58,978 nt of DNA. Source: a virus. Taxonomy: Duplodnaviria > Caudoviricetes. Position numbers and translations under genes: made by a program. A model generated the notes under the pieces. It did not search any database and had not been told where the DNA came from. It was given only the letters and a program-made list of their open reading frames with translations. How positions within the stretch are numbered: the first letter of the stretch is position 1; each line of letters opens with the position of its first letter. The stretch lies in the IMG/VR virus record IMGVR_UViG_3300012964_000011, positions 1 through 58,978 of that record. One strand, given 5' to 3'. This document shows, one piece after another, positions 1-8,504 of this stretch.

Positions 1-718
<718 letters not shown>

Positions 719-719
<1 letters not shown>

Positions 720-1549
720 TACTTGTCCCAGATGTATCTGCCTTTGTAGGCATCAACCGTATCCATCAATTTTGACCAGTCCATCTTGGGATGCCAATCA
801 AGATGCTGCCATCCCAATTTTTCCTTGGCATAGACCTGATCCGCCACTTCGCCCGGACGCATAGGTAGGAACTCGATACCAGCCTTGTTACCGGTGTAGT
901 CATTGATAGCATTTGCGACATCCAGTACAGACGTGCAGATACCAGTTCCGGCATCAAACGTCTCATCATTGGTATAGTTAATTGCATCCATAACCATATG
1001 GGCAATGTCATCCGCATGAATCAGATCAACCCCCTGGGTACCGTCACCCCAGACAGGTAGCGGTAGTCCCTGCCATGCCCGCGAGGCGAACGTCGGGATG
1101 ATCTTCTGGGGATGTCCCTTACCCACTGCCTGACCAGGACCGTACGCGTGATATGCGCGAACCGTAGAGGTTCGGAGTCCTTTAGCGTTGTGGTATGCAG
1201 AGATCAGCCTACGTGCACATTCTTTGGTTGCTGCGTAGATGCTGGGGAATCCGGTTGGCATATGGATAGTGATCAGATGAATGCCATTCTCCGCACAGTA
1301 TTTGATGATCTGATGTGCACAAACAACGTTTGTGTGTACAGCCTCATCCGCAACATCAAACAATTCGCCGGTACCGAGCATACCAGCACAATGAATAACT
1401 GTTTTGCATTGTGCAAGTGAATCCAGGTTGTCACTACAAATATTGACACCATTACGTACATCTAACTGTACGATGCCAAATCCCCTGGATTTTGCAACTT
1501 GCACAATAGCGGAACCAATGAAACCACGTCCACCAGTGACACCGATCAT
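719..1549 (-). CDS. NAD-dependent nucleotide-sugar epimerase/dehydratase (extended SDR)
   Basis: TGGRGFIG Rossmann motif, YAATK (YxxxK), YGPGQ, GDGTQ..D.IH. Confidence 0.9.
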
Positions 1550-1570
1550 AAGTACATTCTCCTTGCTGGA

Positions 1571-2245
1571 TTAGATTGGTAAAAATACCTTATGGTCTGT
1601 ATGACCCCAACCAGTTGCCCATTTCAGATTTGTATTCCATTTAAGATCTGAATTACGGATGACAACTGGTAGTGACACCTGATCCTGATGACTCCATCGC
1701 GTGCATTCGAACCACCAGTCACAGCACACAGCGGCTACCTCGTCCGTGTGTCTGCGTACGTTGGTGGTGGACGCGAACAGTCCCCACCGTTCGGGATGTC
1801 CAAGGTGACGGTAGTGTTCTGACTGAAGCCGCATCGCGTCTGGGTACGCACGTCCTACCTTTGCGGTGAATGTTGCCTCGGCGTACACGCAGTCACGCTC
1901 TGCGTGGCGCATCAATGACCAGTCATCGCTACCTATGCAGTCCAGGCAGTACTGAAGGTAATTGGGGTTTGTCACCGTGACAGCAGCATCGACCCAGCAT
2001 GAGATGTCAGTATCCGGGCATGCATCAAACGGATTGAGTTTCCACCATTTGGCTTTCATATTATTGGTCAAACTACCTGCCATTGGCACGTATCTGACTT
2101 TCCATCCAGGTACTGTAAGATTTGGTGTATCTGTATAGAAAATTGACTGTACCTCAACATTTGGTCCTAAATTAGTATTAATACGCAATGGTTTTGGTAC
2201 GTCATAATCACCATACATTGCGGTATATATAGCTAATTTAGTCAC
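1571..2245 (-). CDS. glycosyltransferase, DUF616-like; paralog of 42-719
   Basis: IYTAMYGDYD, KWWKLNP, WVDAA, QDQVSLP; GTG start overlaps the upstream TGA. Confidence 0.8.
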   Translation of the reverse strand: MTKLAIYTAMYGDYDVPKPLRINTNLGPNVEVQSIFYTDTPNLTVPGWKVRYVPMAGSLTNNMKAKWWKLNPFDACPDTDISCWVDAAVTVTNPNYLQYCLDCIGSDDWSLMRHAERDCVYAEATFTAKVGRAYPDAMRLQSEHYRHLGHPERWGLFASTTNVRRHTDEVAAVCCDWWFECTRWSHQDQVSLPVVIRNSDLKWNTNLKWATGWGHTDHKVFLPI

Positions 2246-2697
2246 TTTGGTGTACCTCGCCAAATGATGTCGCAATCCCCACCTGTACGAAGTTCTAGCG
2301 TTTTCCAGGGAAGAATACCATAATCCGCATGTGCACCAAATGTTCCATCAAAATAATGAAATGACTCAATCACCCAGAATGATACGTGTGTTGGATCTGC
2401 AAACGCGTGCCAAGTGTTAGTCGGCATCACCCGAGGGACAATCACATGGAATACGCCACTAGATCTCAGAACACGGTGCACCTCATTGAACACGAAAATG
2501 CGGTCTTCACCCGCACATACATGTTCCATGACATGACTGGCCCGGACCGCGTCTACACTCTTATCCGCTGCTGGTATCCCATCTTCTACACGGCGTTTCC
2601 AGACACCCTGTCCATGTACTGGATCCAGGTTGATATGCCCAGGGGCGGGAATAGTTCCACCACCGATGTCAATCATCAGCACGGGAGGGATCCCCAT
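2242..2697 (-). CDS. class I SAM-dependent methyltransferase
   Basis: IDIGGG motif I, SVDAVRASHVMEH, EVHRVL, DPTH. Confidence 0.85.
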   Translation of the reverse strand: MGIPPVLMIDIGGGTIPAPGHINLDPVHGQGVWKRRVEDGIPAADKSVDAVRASHVMEHVCAGEDRIFVFNEVHRVLRSSGVFHVIVPRVMPTNTWHAFADPTHVSFWVIESFHYFDGTFGAHADYGILPWKTLELRTGGDCDIIWRGTPK

Positions 2698-3356
2698 TTC
2701 GCGAGAAACGTTTCCCGGTCTAAACCGGCTTGACGTGAGAGTACTTCACTGCCAACAGTACTTTCATTCGGGTGCGTATGTGTTACGGGGAACCCCGGTA
2801 CGATCACAGTTCCGCCAAGCACCCTGGATTGCCAGTCAATGTCGTCATCTCCATACCACCAACACAATGTTTCGTCAGCGCGCACACCTGCCTCGCCACG
2901 TAGCATGAATGCGTAGCCACAGAGGCGATGGTAAAGGTTTACAGGTCCAGGAGCACAGTGTGTCAGAGGATGCTTACGACGTTTCGTAATATCTGTAGAT
3001 GCTGCTACGGCACACGTGTCATCCATTGCCTGGACACATGCGTCAAACCATCCTTGAGGGACGGTGCAATCGTCATTGACGACTGCCGTGTCCCATTCGA
3101 TGAAGTCATTCGACCTAGCGTGTGCCGAACACGCATCTAGACCTATATTCCATAGTTTACTAAGGTTCGGCGGATCCATTGGTTCATAAATGTATAATAC
3201 TTTATCTTCTGGATATTCAGGCCATACTACGGAATTACTTGGGTCATTGATCACAACTACGATAAAATCTGTCTGAGGAAGTAGTGCATCTATAGCCAGT
3301 TGTAGCTCACTCGCACGACTTCTAGACGGTATAGTCGCATATCTTCCTGCACGCAT
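2676..3356 (-). CDS. GT-A fold (GT2-like) glycosyltransferase
   Basis: WNIGLD, VVNDD (DxD-like), GYAFML, WWYGDDD; start moved to the ATG at 3356 that follows a leaderless promoter. Confidence 0.75.
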   Translation of the reverse strand: MRAGRYATIPSRSRASELQLAIDALLPQTDFIVVVINDPSNSVVWPEYPEDKVLYIYEPMDPPNLSKLWNIGLDACSAHARSNDFIEWDTAVVNDDCTVPQGWFDACVQAMDDTCAVAASTDITKRRKHPLTHCAPGPVNLYHRLCGYAFMLRGEAGVRADETLCWWYGDDDIDWQSRVLGGTVIVPGFPVTHTHPNESTVGSEVLSRQAGLDRETFLAKWGSLPC

Positions 3357-3420
3357 TGATTCAGCATATCTTAAGATTTCTATTTTACCAACAGGTGATA
3401 TGGCGTGTAATGTAGGCTGT
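3357..3420. promoter_or_regulatory. overlapping divergent leaderless promoters
   Basis: Minus strand TTGGTA-N17-TATGCT-N6-ATG(3356); plus strand TTTACC-N18-TAATGT-N7-ATG(3421); the -35 boxes overlap. Confidence 0.55.
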
Positions 3421-3618
3421 ATGATTGAACGACTGTTGACCCTACGCGAAGTTGCACACCTATTCGGCGTGCGTACTGTGACGATCAGTGAATGGGCAAA
3501 ATCTGGGAAGTTACCATACATAATTTTGCCCACAAATGACCAAAAACGGTTCAAAGAGTCAGAAATCAGACAACTGTACGAGGGAAGATGGGACAATCAA
3601 CCGCTAGACTACAAGTAG
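3421..3618 (+). CDS. BldC-like / MerR-excisionase HTH DNA-binding protein
   Basis: LLTLREVAHLFGV..TISEWAKSGKL resembles BldC LLTPAEVA.MFRV..KTVTRWAKAGKL. Confidence 0.8.
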   Translation: MIERLLTLREVAHLFGVRTVTISEWAKSGKLPYIILPTNDQKRFKESEIRQLYEGRWDNQPLDYK

Positions 3619-3660
3619 ATTGTCAACACGTTTGACAATCAATGATCAAAGTGTTATGCT
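3616..3660 (+). promoter_or_regulatory. leaderless promoter with an inverted-repeat operator over the -35 box
   Basis: GATTGTCAA-cacgt-TTGACAATC; TTGACA-N17-TATGCT-N6-ATG(3667). Confidence 0.65.
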
Positions 3661-3666
3661 CCACGA

Positions 3667-3927
3667 ATGGACATCGACTTTTCCAGAAGACCAGGATTCC
3701 CTGTGGATCCTAAACGACATGATCAACTGGCGGAAACCGTAGCAGATTTGGCACTCACCTGCAACATCATCCAAGGAATGGTTGCGTGTCGCAATGCTGC
3801 CATTGAGACACTGTATGTACGTCACGGGCTGACAGCGGCAGCTATTGGTAGGATCGCAGGGTTGTCCAGGGAAAGAATAGGACAACTTACTCGGCATCTA
3901 AACCGTCCCACATCAGAGGAGTCATAA
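3667..3927 (+). CDS. HTH DNA-binding protein (sigma region 4-like)
   Basis: GLTAAAIGRIAGLSRERIGQL. Confidence 0.7.
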   Translation: MDIDFSRRPGFPVDPKRHDQLAETVADLALTCNIIQGMVACRNAAIETLYVRHGLTAAAIGRIAGLSRERIGQLTRHLNRPTSEES

Positions 3928-3928
3928 C

Positions 3929-4408
3929 ATGTGTGAGTACGAAGAAGAAGATCTGCCAAGCGCAGCTGACATCGCGCTAGAAGACCAAATCAGAGCTGCA
4001 ATACGAGAGGTGAGCAGTGTTCTTGCCAATTCGGCGTCAGCAGGGACTGCTGAATTCATTGAAGACCAGATGCCATTGTCACTCAAGAAGTGGCTGGATA
4101 GTGCTGTGAATGAGTTTCAGCGTGAGGTGTTCTCTCACGCTGAAAACGACACACTTATATCGTGTGCTCACGTAGCTGAAGGACCAACACCAATGTTCAG
4201 CGCTCTCAGATATCCGAGAGTGTTCATGTGTCCGTCATGCGCTGAACTAATAAGCAACCTGGTAGAACGTTCGTCAAAGTGTGATTGTTGTGGATACACA
4301 AGAACTTCGCACTACACAGAGGTAAACACCATCATAGTCCAGGTATTTAGTGCTATGGTAGCAGTCAGGTTGTGCATACACTGTCTAAAGGCAGGACCGT
4401 TAACGTGA
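3929..4408 (+). CDS. hypothetical Cys-rich, putative Zn-binding protein
   Basis: CPSC, CDCC and CIHC; GAGGAG RBS. Confidence 0.6.
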   Translation: MCEYEEEDLPSAADIALEDQIRAAIREVSSVLANSASAGTAEFIEDQMPLSLKKWLDSAVNEFQREVFSHAENDTLISCAHVAEGPTPMFSALRYPRVFMCPSCAELISNLVERSSKCDCCGYTRTSHYTEVNTIIVQVFSAMVAVRLCIHCLKAGPLT

Positions 4409-5820
4409 TTGACTTAAACTTCGTATTACCATCATTTCCACATGATTTACCATCTAAGATCACCTCTGAGCTGTTGACACTTGAACAGTTGAACGCTGCG
4501 AATCTGGCGCTTTCTCGTATCCATGAATGTGAAGATTTGACCTGTCTAGGAGGTCTCGCCGGAACAGGCAAAACGACCGTATTGTCCGAATTTATCAGAC
4601 ATTTTGATCCAGTTTCGTATGCACTATGTGCGTTCACAGGAAAGGCAGTTTCCGTACTACAGCGGAAGTTGGATGCTGCTGATGTATGTACTACACGTAT
4701 CATTGAGCGTTTCGGAAAGGAAAAGGAAGAAAGTACAGTAAGTACCATTCACTCGCTAATCTACTTGCGGCGAGAGACTGTAACGTGTAAGCGCTCTGGT
4801 AGAGCACACACGATCACGTACGGCAGAGGGATGCCCGCCATAGGAGAAGAATTCCCCTCCGGTGGTTTTTGTCAGCCATGCCTAGACGCAGGCGAACAAG
4901 CATATTGCGTAACAGAGACTGATGTGGAGTGGATTCGGCGTCAAAAATTGTGGGAAGGACTACAGGTCATCATCATTGATGAGGCATCAATGGTGTCTCG
5001 TGAGATGTTTGATCACCTATCCAGGTATGGGGTCCCGATCCTGGCAGTAGGAGATCATGGCCAGTTGCCACCAGTGTCCAGTAGGCGAGACTCATTCAAT
5101 CTCATGGCAGAAGCTGGTCTTCACGCAAAGTTGGAGACCATTCATCGTCAAGCAGCCGGATCCCCGATCACCATGTTGGCTCACAAGATCCGAAATGAAG
5201 GATCTATGTCTGTCACTGTAGGTAACTACAGTACAGCGTCATCACGGGTACTCAAAGTGAGTCAGCACAGAATGCCTAAACTGGACTGGAAGTCTGCCAT
5301 GGATCCAGAGAACCGAATGGTTGTCCTGTGCGGAAGAAATGCCACTCGGGTACGTATCAACAGGCAGACCAGGGAACAACTGGGGTACTCGGAACTTCCC
5401 CAGAAGGGGGATCGTGTCGTTTGCCTACGTAATTGCAGACAAGCGTTCAACGGTCAACAGGGAACGATCGTAGAGGTACGATCGATCTCATCTACGTCTA
5501 CTGATACTGGTAGTCAGGTACTCACGTTTAATGTGGCACTTGACGACATGCCAGAGGAGATCCTAACTGGGTTACGCGCTCCTATCTCTCAGTTCAACCG
5601 CCCGACTACACTTACGCAGGACGAGCTACGACAGATGCGGGTAGGCGGAGTGACCATCTGGGACTATGCATACTGCATGACAGTGCACAAATTCCAGGGT
5701 AGCGAGGTGCCTCGCGTAGTGGTAATGGAGGAACGACTTCCGGGATCACAAAAAGATCATGATCGTTGGCTATATACTGCTGTCACCAGGTCATCGAGAG
5801 ATTTACTAATCATCAGTTAA
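4405..5820 (+). CDS. RecD/Dda-like superfamily 1 helicase
   Basis: GLAGTGKTT, IIDEASM, GDHGQLPPV, YAYCMTVHKFQGSE, LYTAVTR; GTGA overlap start. Confidence 0.9.
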   Translation: MIDLNFVLPSFPHDLPSKITSELLTLEQLNAANLALSRIHECEDLTCLGGLAGTGKTTVLSEFIRHFDPVSYALCAFTGKAVSVLQRKLDAADVCTTRIIERFGKEKEESTVSTIHSLIYLRRETVTCKRSGRAHTITYGRGMPAIGEEFPSGGFCQPCLDAGEQAYCVTETDVEWIRRQKLWEGLQVIIIDEASMVSREMFDHLSRYGVPILAVGDHGQLPPVSSRRDSFNLMAEAGLHAKLETIHRQAAGSPITMLAHKIRNEGSMSVTVGNYSTASSRVLKVSQHRMPKLDWKSAMDPENRMVVLCGRNATRVRINRQTREQLGYSELPQKGDRVVCLRNCRQAFNGQQGTIVEVRSISSTSTDTGSQVLTFNVALDDMPEEILTGLRAPISQFNRPTTLTQDELRQMRVGGVTIWDYAYCMTVHKFQGSEVPRVVVMEERLPGSQKDHDRWLYTAVTRSSRDLLIIS

Positions 5821-5829
5821 GGAACACAA

Positions 5830-6033
5830 ATGAAAATCGTAATCAGAGACGCAGACGGTACTACCATCACCCTGGACACAGGGAATCAGACAGTGACGCT
5901 AGAAGCACTGGTTAGAGCGTCATTGGACGTTTGGTATCAGGCATTCGAGCCTAGAGGACCAAAGAGTGCAGCACCTAACGTCATCGTCTCTGACAATGAC
6001 GCAACTACGATCCTTCCGACGTATCATCCTTAG
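5830..6033 (+). CDS. hypothetical protein
   Basis: AAGGA RBS; operon position. Confidence 0.6.
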   Translation: MKIVIRDADGTTITLDTGNQTVTLEALVRASLDVWYQAFEPRGPKSAAPNVIVSDNDATTILPTYHP

Positions 6034-6043
6034 AGGAGCACAT

Positions 6044-6469
6044 ATGCCTGTTATTAGTGGCGAACACGTAATCACGGACAACGGTAGTGAGGTTTATGTA
6101 ACTGGTGACCTCCTGGCCTATGTGAGTGGGAAAGGGACCCGTCATCGTGCGAATCATGATGTATCGGGTGTAATGTGCAATATGTGTAGTTGGTTGGAAA
6201 TTAAGATTTTCCGACTCTCCAAGAATGACCCTCGATATGTAGAGGGTAGCGATCGCACATGGCTAGTCTGGTCCTGTAGCATGAAAGATCCTGAACGATT
6301 CCATATAATCCCAAGAACGTTCATAGACGTCACAGATGCGCACTACATGGTTTACGAAATACTGGCGAAAAGCCTGGATAACACGTTAGGCAGTGTAGCG
6401 CGAAAAGTGTTAGCTACAGCTGCCAGTTTTGATGACATCCTGGCCGACGTGTACGCGGACAAAGCATGA
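6044..6469 (+). CDS. hypothetical protein
   Basis: GAGGAG RBS before the ATG at 6044. Confidence 0.6.
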   Translation: MPVISGEHVITDNGSEVYVTGDLLAYVSGKGTRHRANHDVSGVMCNMCSWLEIKIFRLSKNDPRYVEGSDRTWLVWSCSMKDPERFHIIPRTFIDVTDAHYMVYEILAKSLDNTLGSVARKVLATAASFDDILADVYADKA

Positions 6470-6693
6470 GCCAGTGGTTGGATGAAGAATTGCATATTGA
6501 TGTGACACATTGTCCAGTGTGTCACAGAATGCCAAATAAGATAGTGAATACTATAATTCACATTAACAGACGTGATACTCGTACTCCACATGATCTACTG
6601 ATTTGTGGAGACAGAGTAGATAGGACGGAATATCATCTGGTGTTCCGTGCATCAGAGATACCTACATGGGTACGCTGTGAGAGGACGCATTGA
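6466..6693 (+). CDS. hypothetical protein with CxxC
   Basis: ATGA overlap; CPVC. Confidence 0.5.
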   Translation: MSQWLDEELHIDVTHCPVCHRMPNKIVNTIIHINRRDTRTPHDLLICGDRVDRTEYHLVFRASEIPTWVRCERTH

Positions 6694-7025
6694 TGGCGAC
6701 AAGAACACCCAGCAAACCAGCTAGTAAACCGACACAAGAAACGTTCAATCAGCATCGTCCCAATGGGAAGAAGTGGTCTAGGCATCACAGTATGCTTCCT
6801 GTGCACCCTGGGCACAACACAACTGGACGAACCAAGCCGTCCGGACACAGCGTTGCAGGATACGGAATGCATCACCCTAAGGTGTCACCTGTTGACCATG
6901 TAGTCTTGTTTCAGGTAGTTCTGTTTCAGGAAGAGGAAGCAGCGAAACGTCACATCAAGCGTAGTCAGCGTGCCAAAGCGCGCTCAGATGCCCGTAAAGC
7001 AATGACCAGAAAGCGTTCTCATTGA
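6693..7025 (+). CDS. hypothetical basic protein
   Basis: GAGGA RBS; TGATG coupling. Confidence 0.5.
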   Translation: MATRTPSKPASKPTQETFNQHRPNGKKWSRHHSMLPVHPGHNTTGRTKPSGHSVAGYGMHHPKVSPVDHVVLFQVVLFQEEEAAKRHIKRSQRAKARSDARKAMTRKRSH

Positions 7026-7041
7026 CATCTAGTAGATGAGC

Positions 7042-7069
7042 AATCCAGGGGGTAATTACCCCCTGGATT
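7042..7069. repeat. perfect 28-bp palindrome (terminator or binding site)
   Basis: AATCCAGGGGGTAA|TTACCCCCTGGATT; intergenic. Confidence 0.8.
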
Positions 7070-7084
7070 ACTCAAGGGAGAATC

Positions 7085-7297
7085 ATGAAATCAGATATCA
7101 GCATTCTAAGCATTCTCGACAAAATCACCTACTATCTGACACTCAACCCTAAAGTAACAGCCTGTAGCATAATCACCATTTGTGGTGTTTATGTATTACG
7201 TAAGGCATTGTCCAATAACATGATTAAAATACTATTCTTTGTGTTTGTTACAGCTGGTATGACGTATGCTTGCACAACTGGTATCCAGGGGGGATGA
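7085..7297 (+). CDS. small membrane protein
   Basis: Two hydrophobic segments; GGGAG RBS. Confidence 0.55.
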   Translation: MKSDISILSILDKITYYLTLNPKVTACSIITICGVYVLRKALSNNMIKILFFVFVTAGMTYACTTGIQGG

Positions 7298-7298
7298 C

Positions 7299-7526
7299 AT
7301 GTCCATGTCCAGGTGGATAGCGGCGCTTGTAGCGCTATGGAGACAACTAACGTGGCCTAACGCGTATCGGCCACACGGGTACGTAGCCAGACACTTCGAA
7401 GGCAACCACTACCTAGAGGTACTCACCCTGGCTAGAGCACCAGGATCAGCACCATGCGTGACGACACCGCTTGAAAGAAGTCTGTCAGCTATCAATAGTG
7501 CACACGAGCTAGGCGTACACATCTAA
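7299..7526 (+). CDS. hypothetical protein
   Basis: G-rich RBS; operon position. Confidence 0.5.
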   Translation: MSMSRWIAALVALWRQLTWPNAYRPHGYVARHFEGNHYLEVLTLARAPGSAPCVTTPLERSLSAINSAHELGVHI

Positions 7527-7547
7527 TATTTGCGGAAAAGGTATACA

Positions 7548-8504
7548 ATGCTCATCGTAATTGAAGGAAGTCCAGCAACGGGAAAGTCATATCTGTCATG
7601 CATTATGCATGACAGAATCCGTCGATGTGGAGGTGGAGACACTACTATTCTCGCTCCGAAAATGGACGAGGATGTAGATCCGATCAAGGAATTAATCGTT
7701 CCTCTACTGGACTACAGACCAGGCACAGGTCATAACATCATATGTGATAGCTGGCACTGGTCAGCAGCTGCACAGGAACACATAACGCCAGGTGAGCGCC
7801 TGTACATAGACATGGTACTACAGTCACGCGGAGGATTGATCATCCACGTAGACACTCCAACTGATGTATTGTTTAGAAGAACTAAGAAGTTCGATATCAA
7901 TGCCCTAAGGATATGGAAATCATTATACAATGATATAGAAGCAGTATCGCCAATGAACGTCGTCAATTGGAGCACTGTACGTGTAGATGTGGATTCATTG
8001 ATTGGAATTGCAAGAAGACAAGACACCCAAGCAGCAAGGTTGTCAAAGTACGTGACGTACGTGGGACCAACTAATCCAGATGTAGTTATTTGTGGCCCGT
8101 CACGATCACGGACACTGTGCCGCGACTATAGCGACGATGTGTGCGCAGCTATCCCGGCGTTCGTGCCGGTACGACGTACAACTAATGCACGTCTACTAGA
8201 GTATTTGGCTAGTCCTAATGTGCGACGTAACATATTGCAAGACTACCTGGCATTTCCCACTATTGGGATAATAAGTACAAATGATGTAGATGACGTCAGA
8301 GATATGTATACACAGATGTTCTATCCCAATATGCTAGCATTGGGAACAGAATCACATAAGTCACTAACTAGTGCTCGTATATCTCACGGAGCGATGAAGC
8401 ATCTAGGTAAACTGTCCGGACTCACGGCAGTGACAGCACCCAGATATATCAAGCAACTAATAAACAGTGCACATGATATGACTAATCATCTAGATTGGCA
8501 ATAA
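7548..8504 (+). CDS. thymidylate/NMP-kinase-like domain fused to a possible UDG-superfamily domain
   Basis: LIVIEGSPATGKS P-loop; C-terminal YVGPTNPDVVICG...PAFVP...ALG...H pattern. Confidence 0.55.
   Translation: MLIVIEGSPATGKSYLSCIMHDRIRRCGGGDTTILAPKMDEDVDPIKELIVPLLDYRPGTGHNIICDSWHWSAAAQEHITPGERLYIDMVLQSRGGLIIHVDTPTDVLFRRTKKFDINALRIWKSLYNDIEAVSPMNVVNWSTVRVDVDSLIGIARRQDTQAARLSKYVTYVGPTNPDVVICGPSRSRTLCRDYSDDVCAAIPAFVPVRRTTNARLLEYLASPNVRRNILQDYLAFPTIGIISTNDVDDVRDMYTQMFYPNMLALGTESHKSLTSARISHGAMKHLGKLSGLTAVTAPRYIKQLINSAHDMTNHLDWQ

Noticed and set aside
3357-3596. 80-aa N-terminal extension of the GT2-like ORF
   Set aside because: It is the antisense of the BldC-like gene; a promoter points to the ATG at 3356
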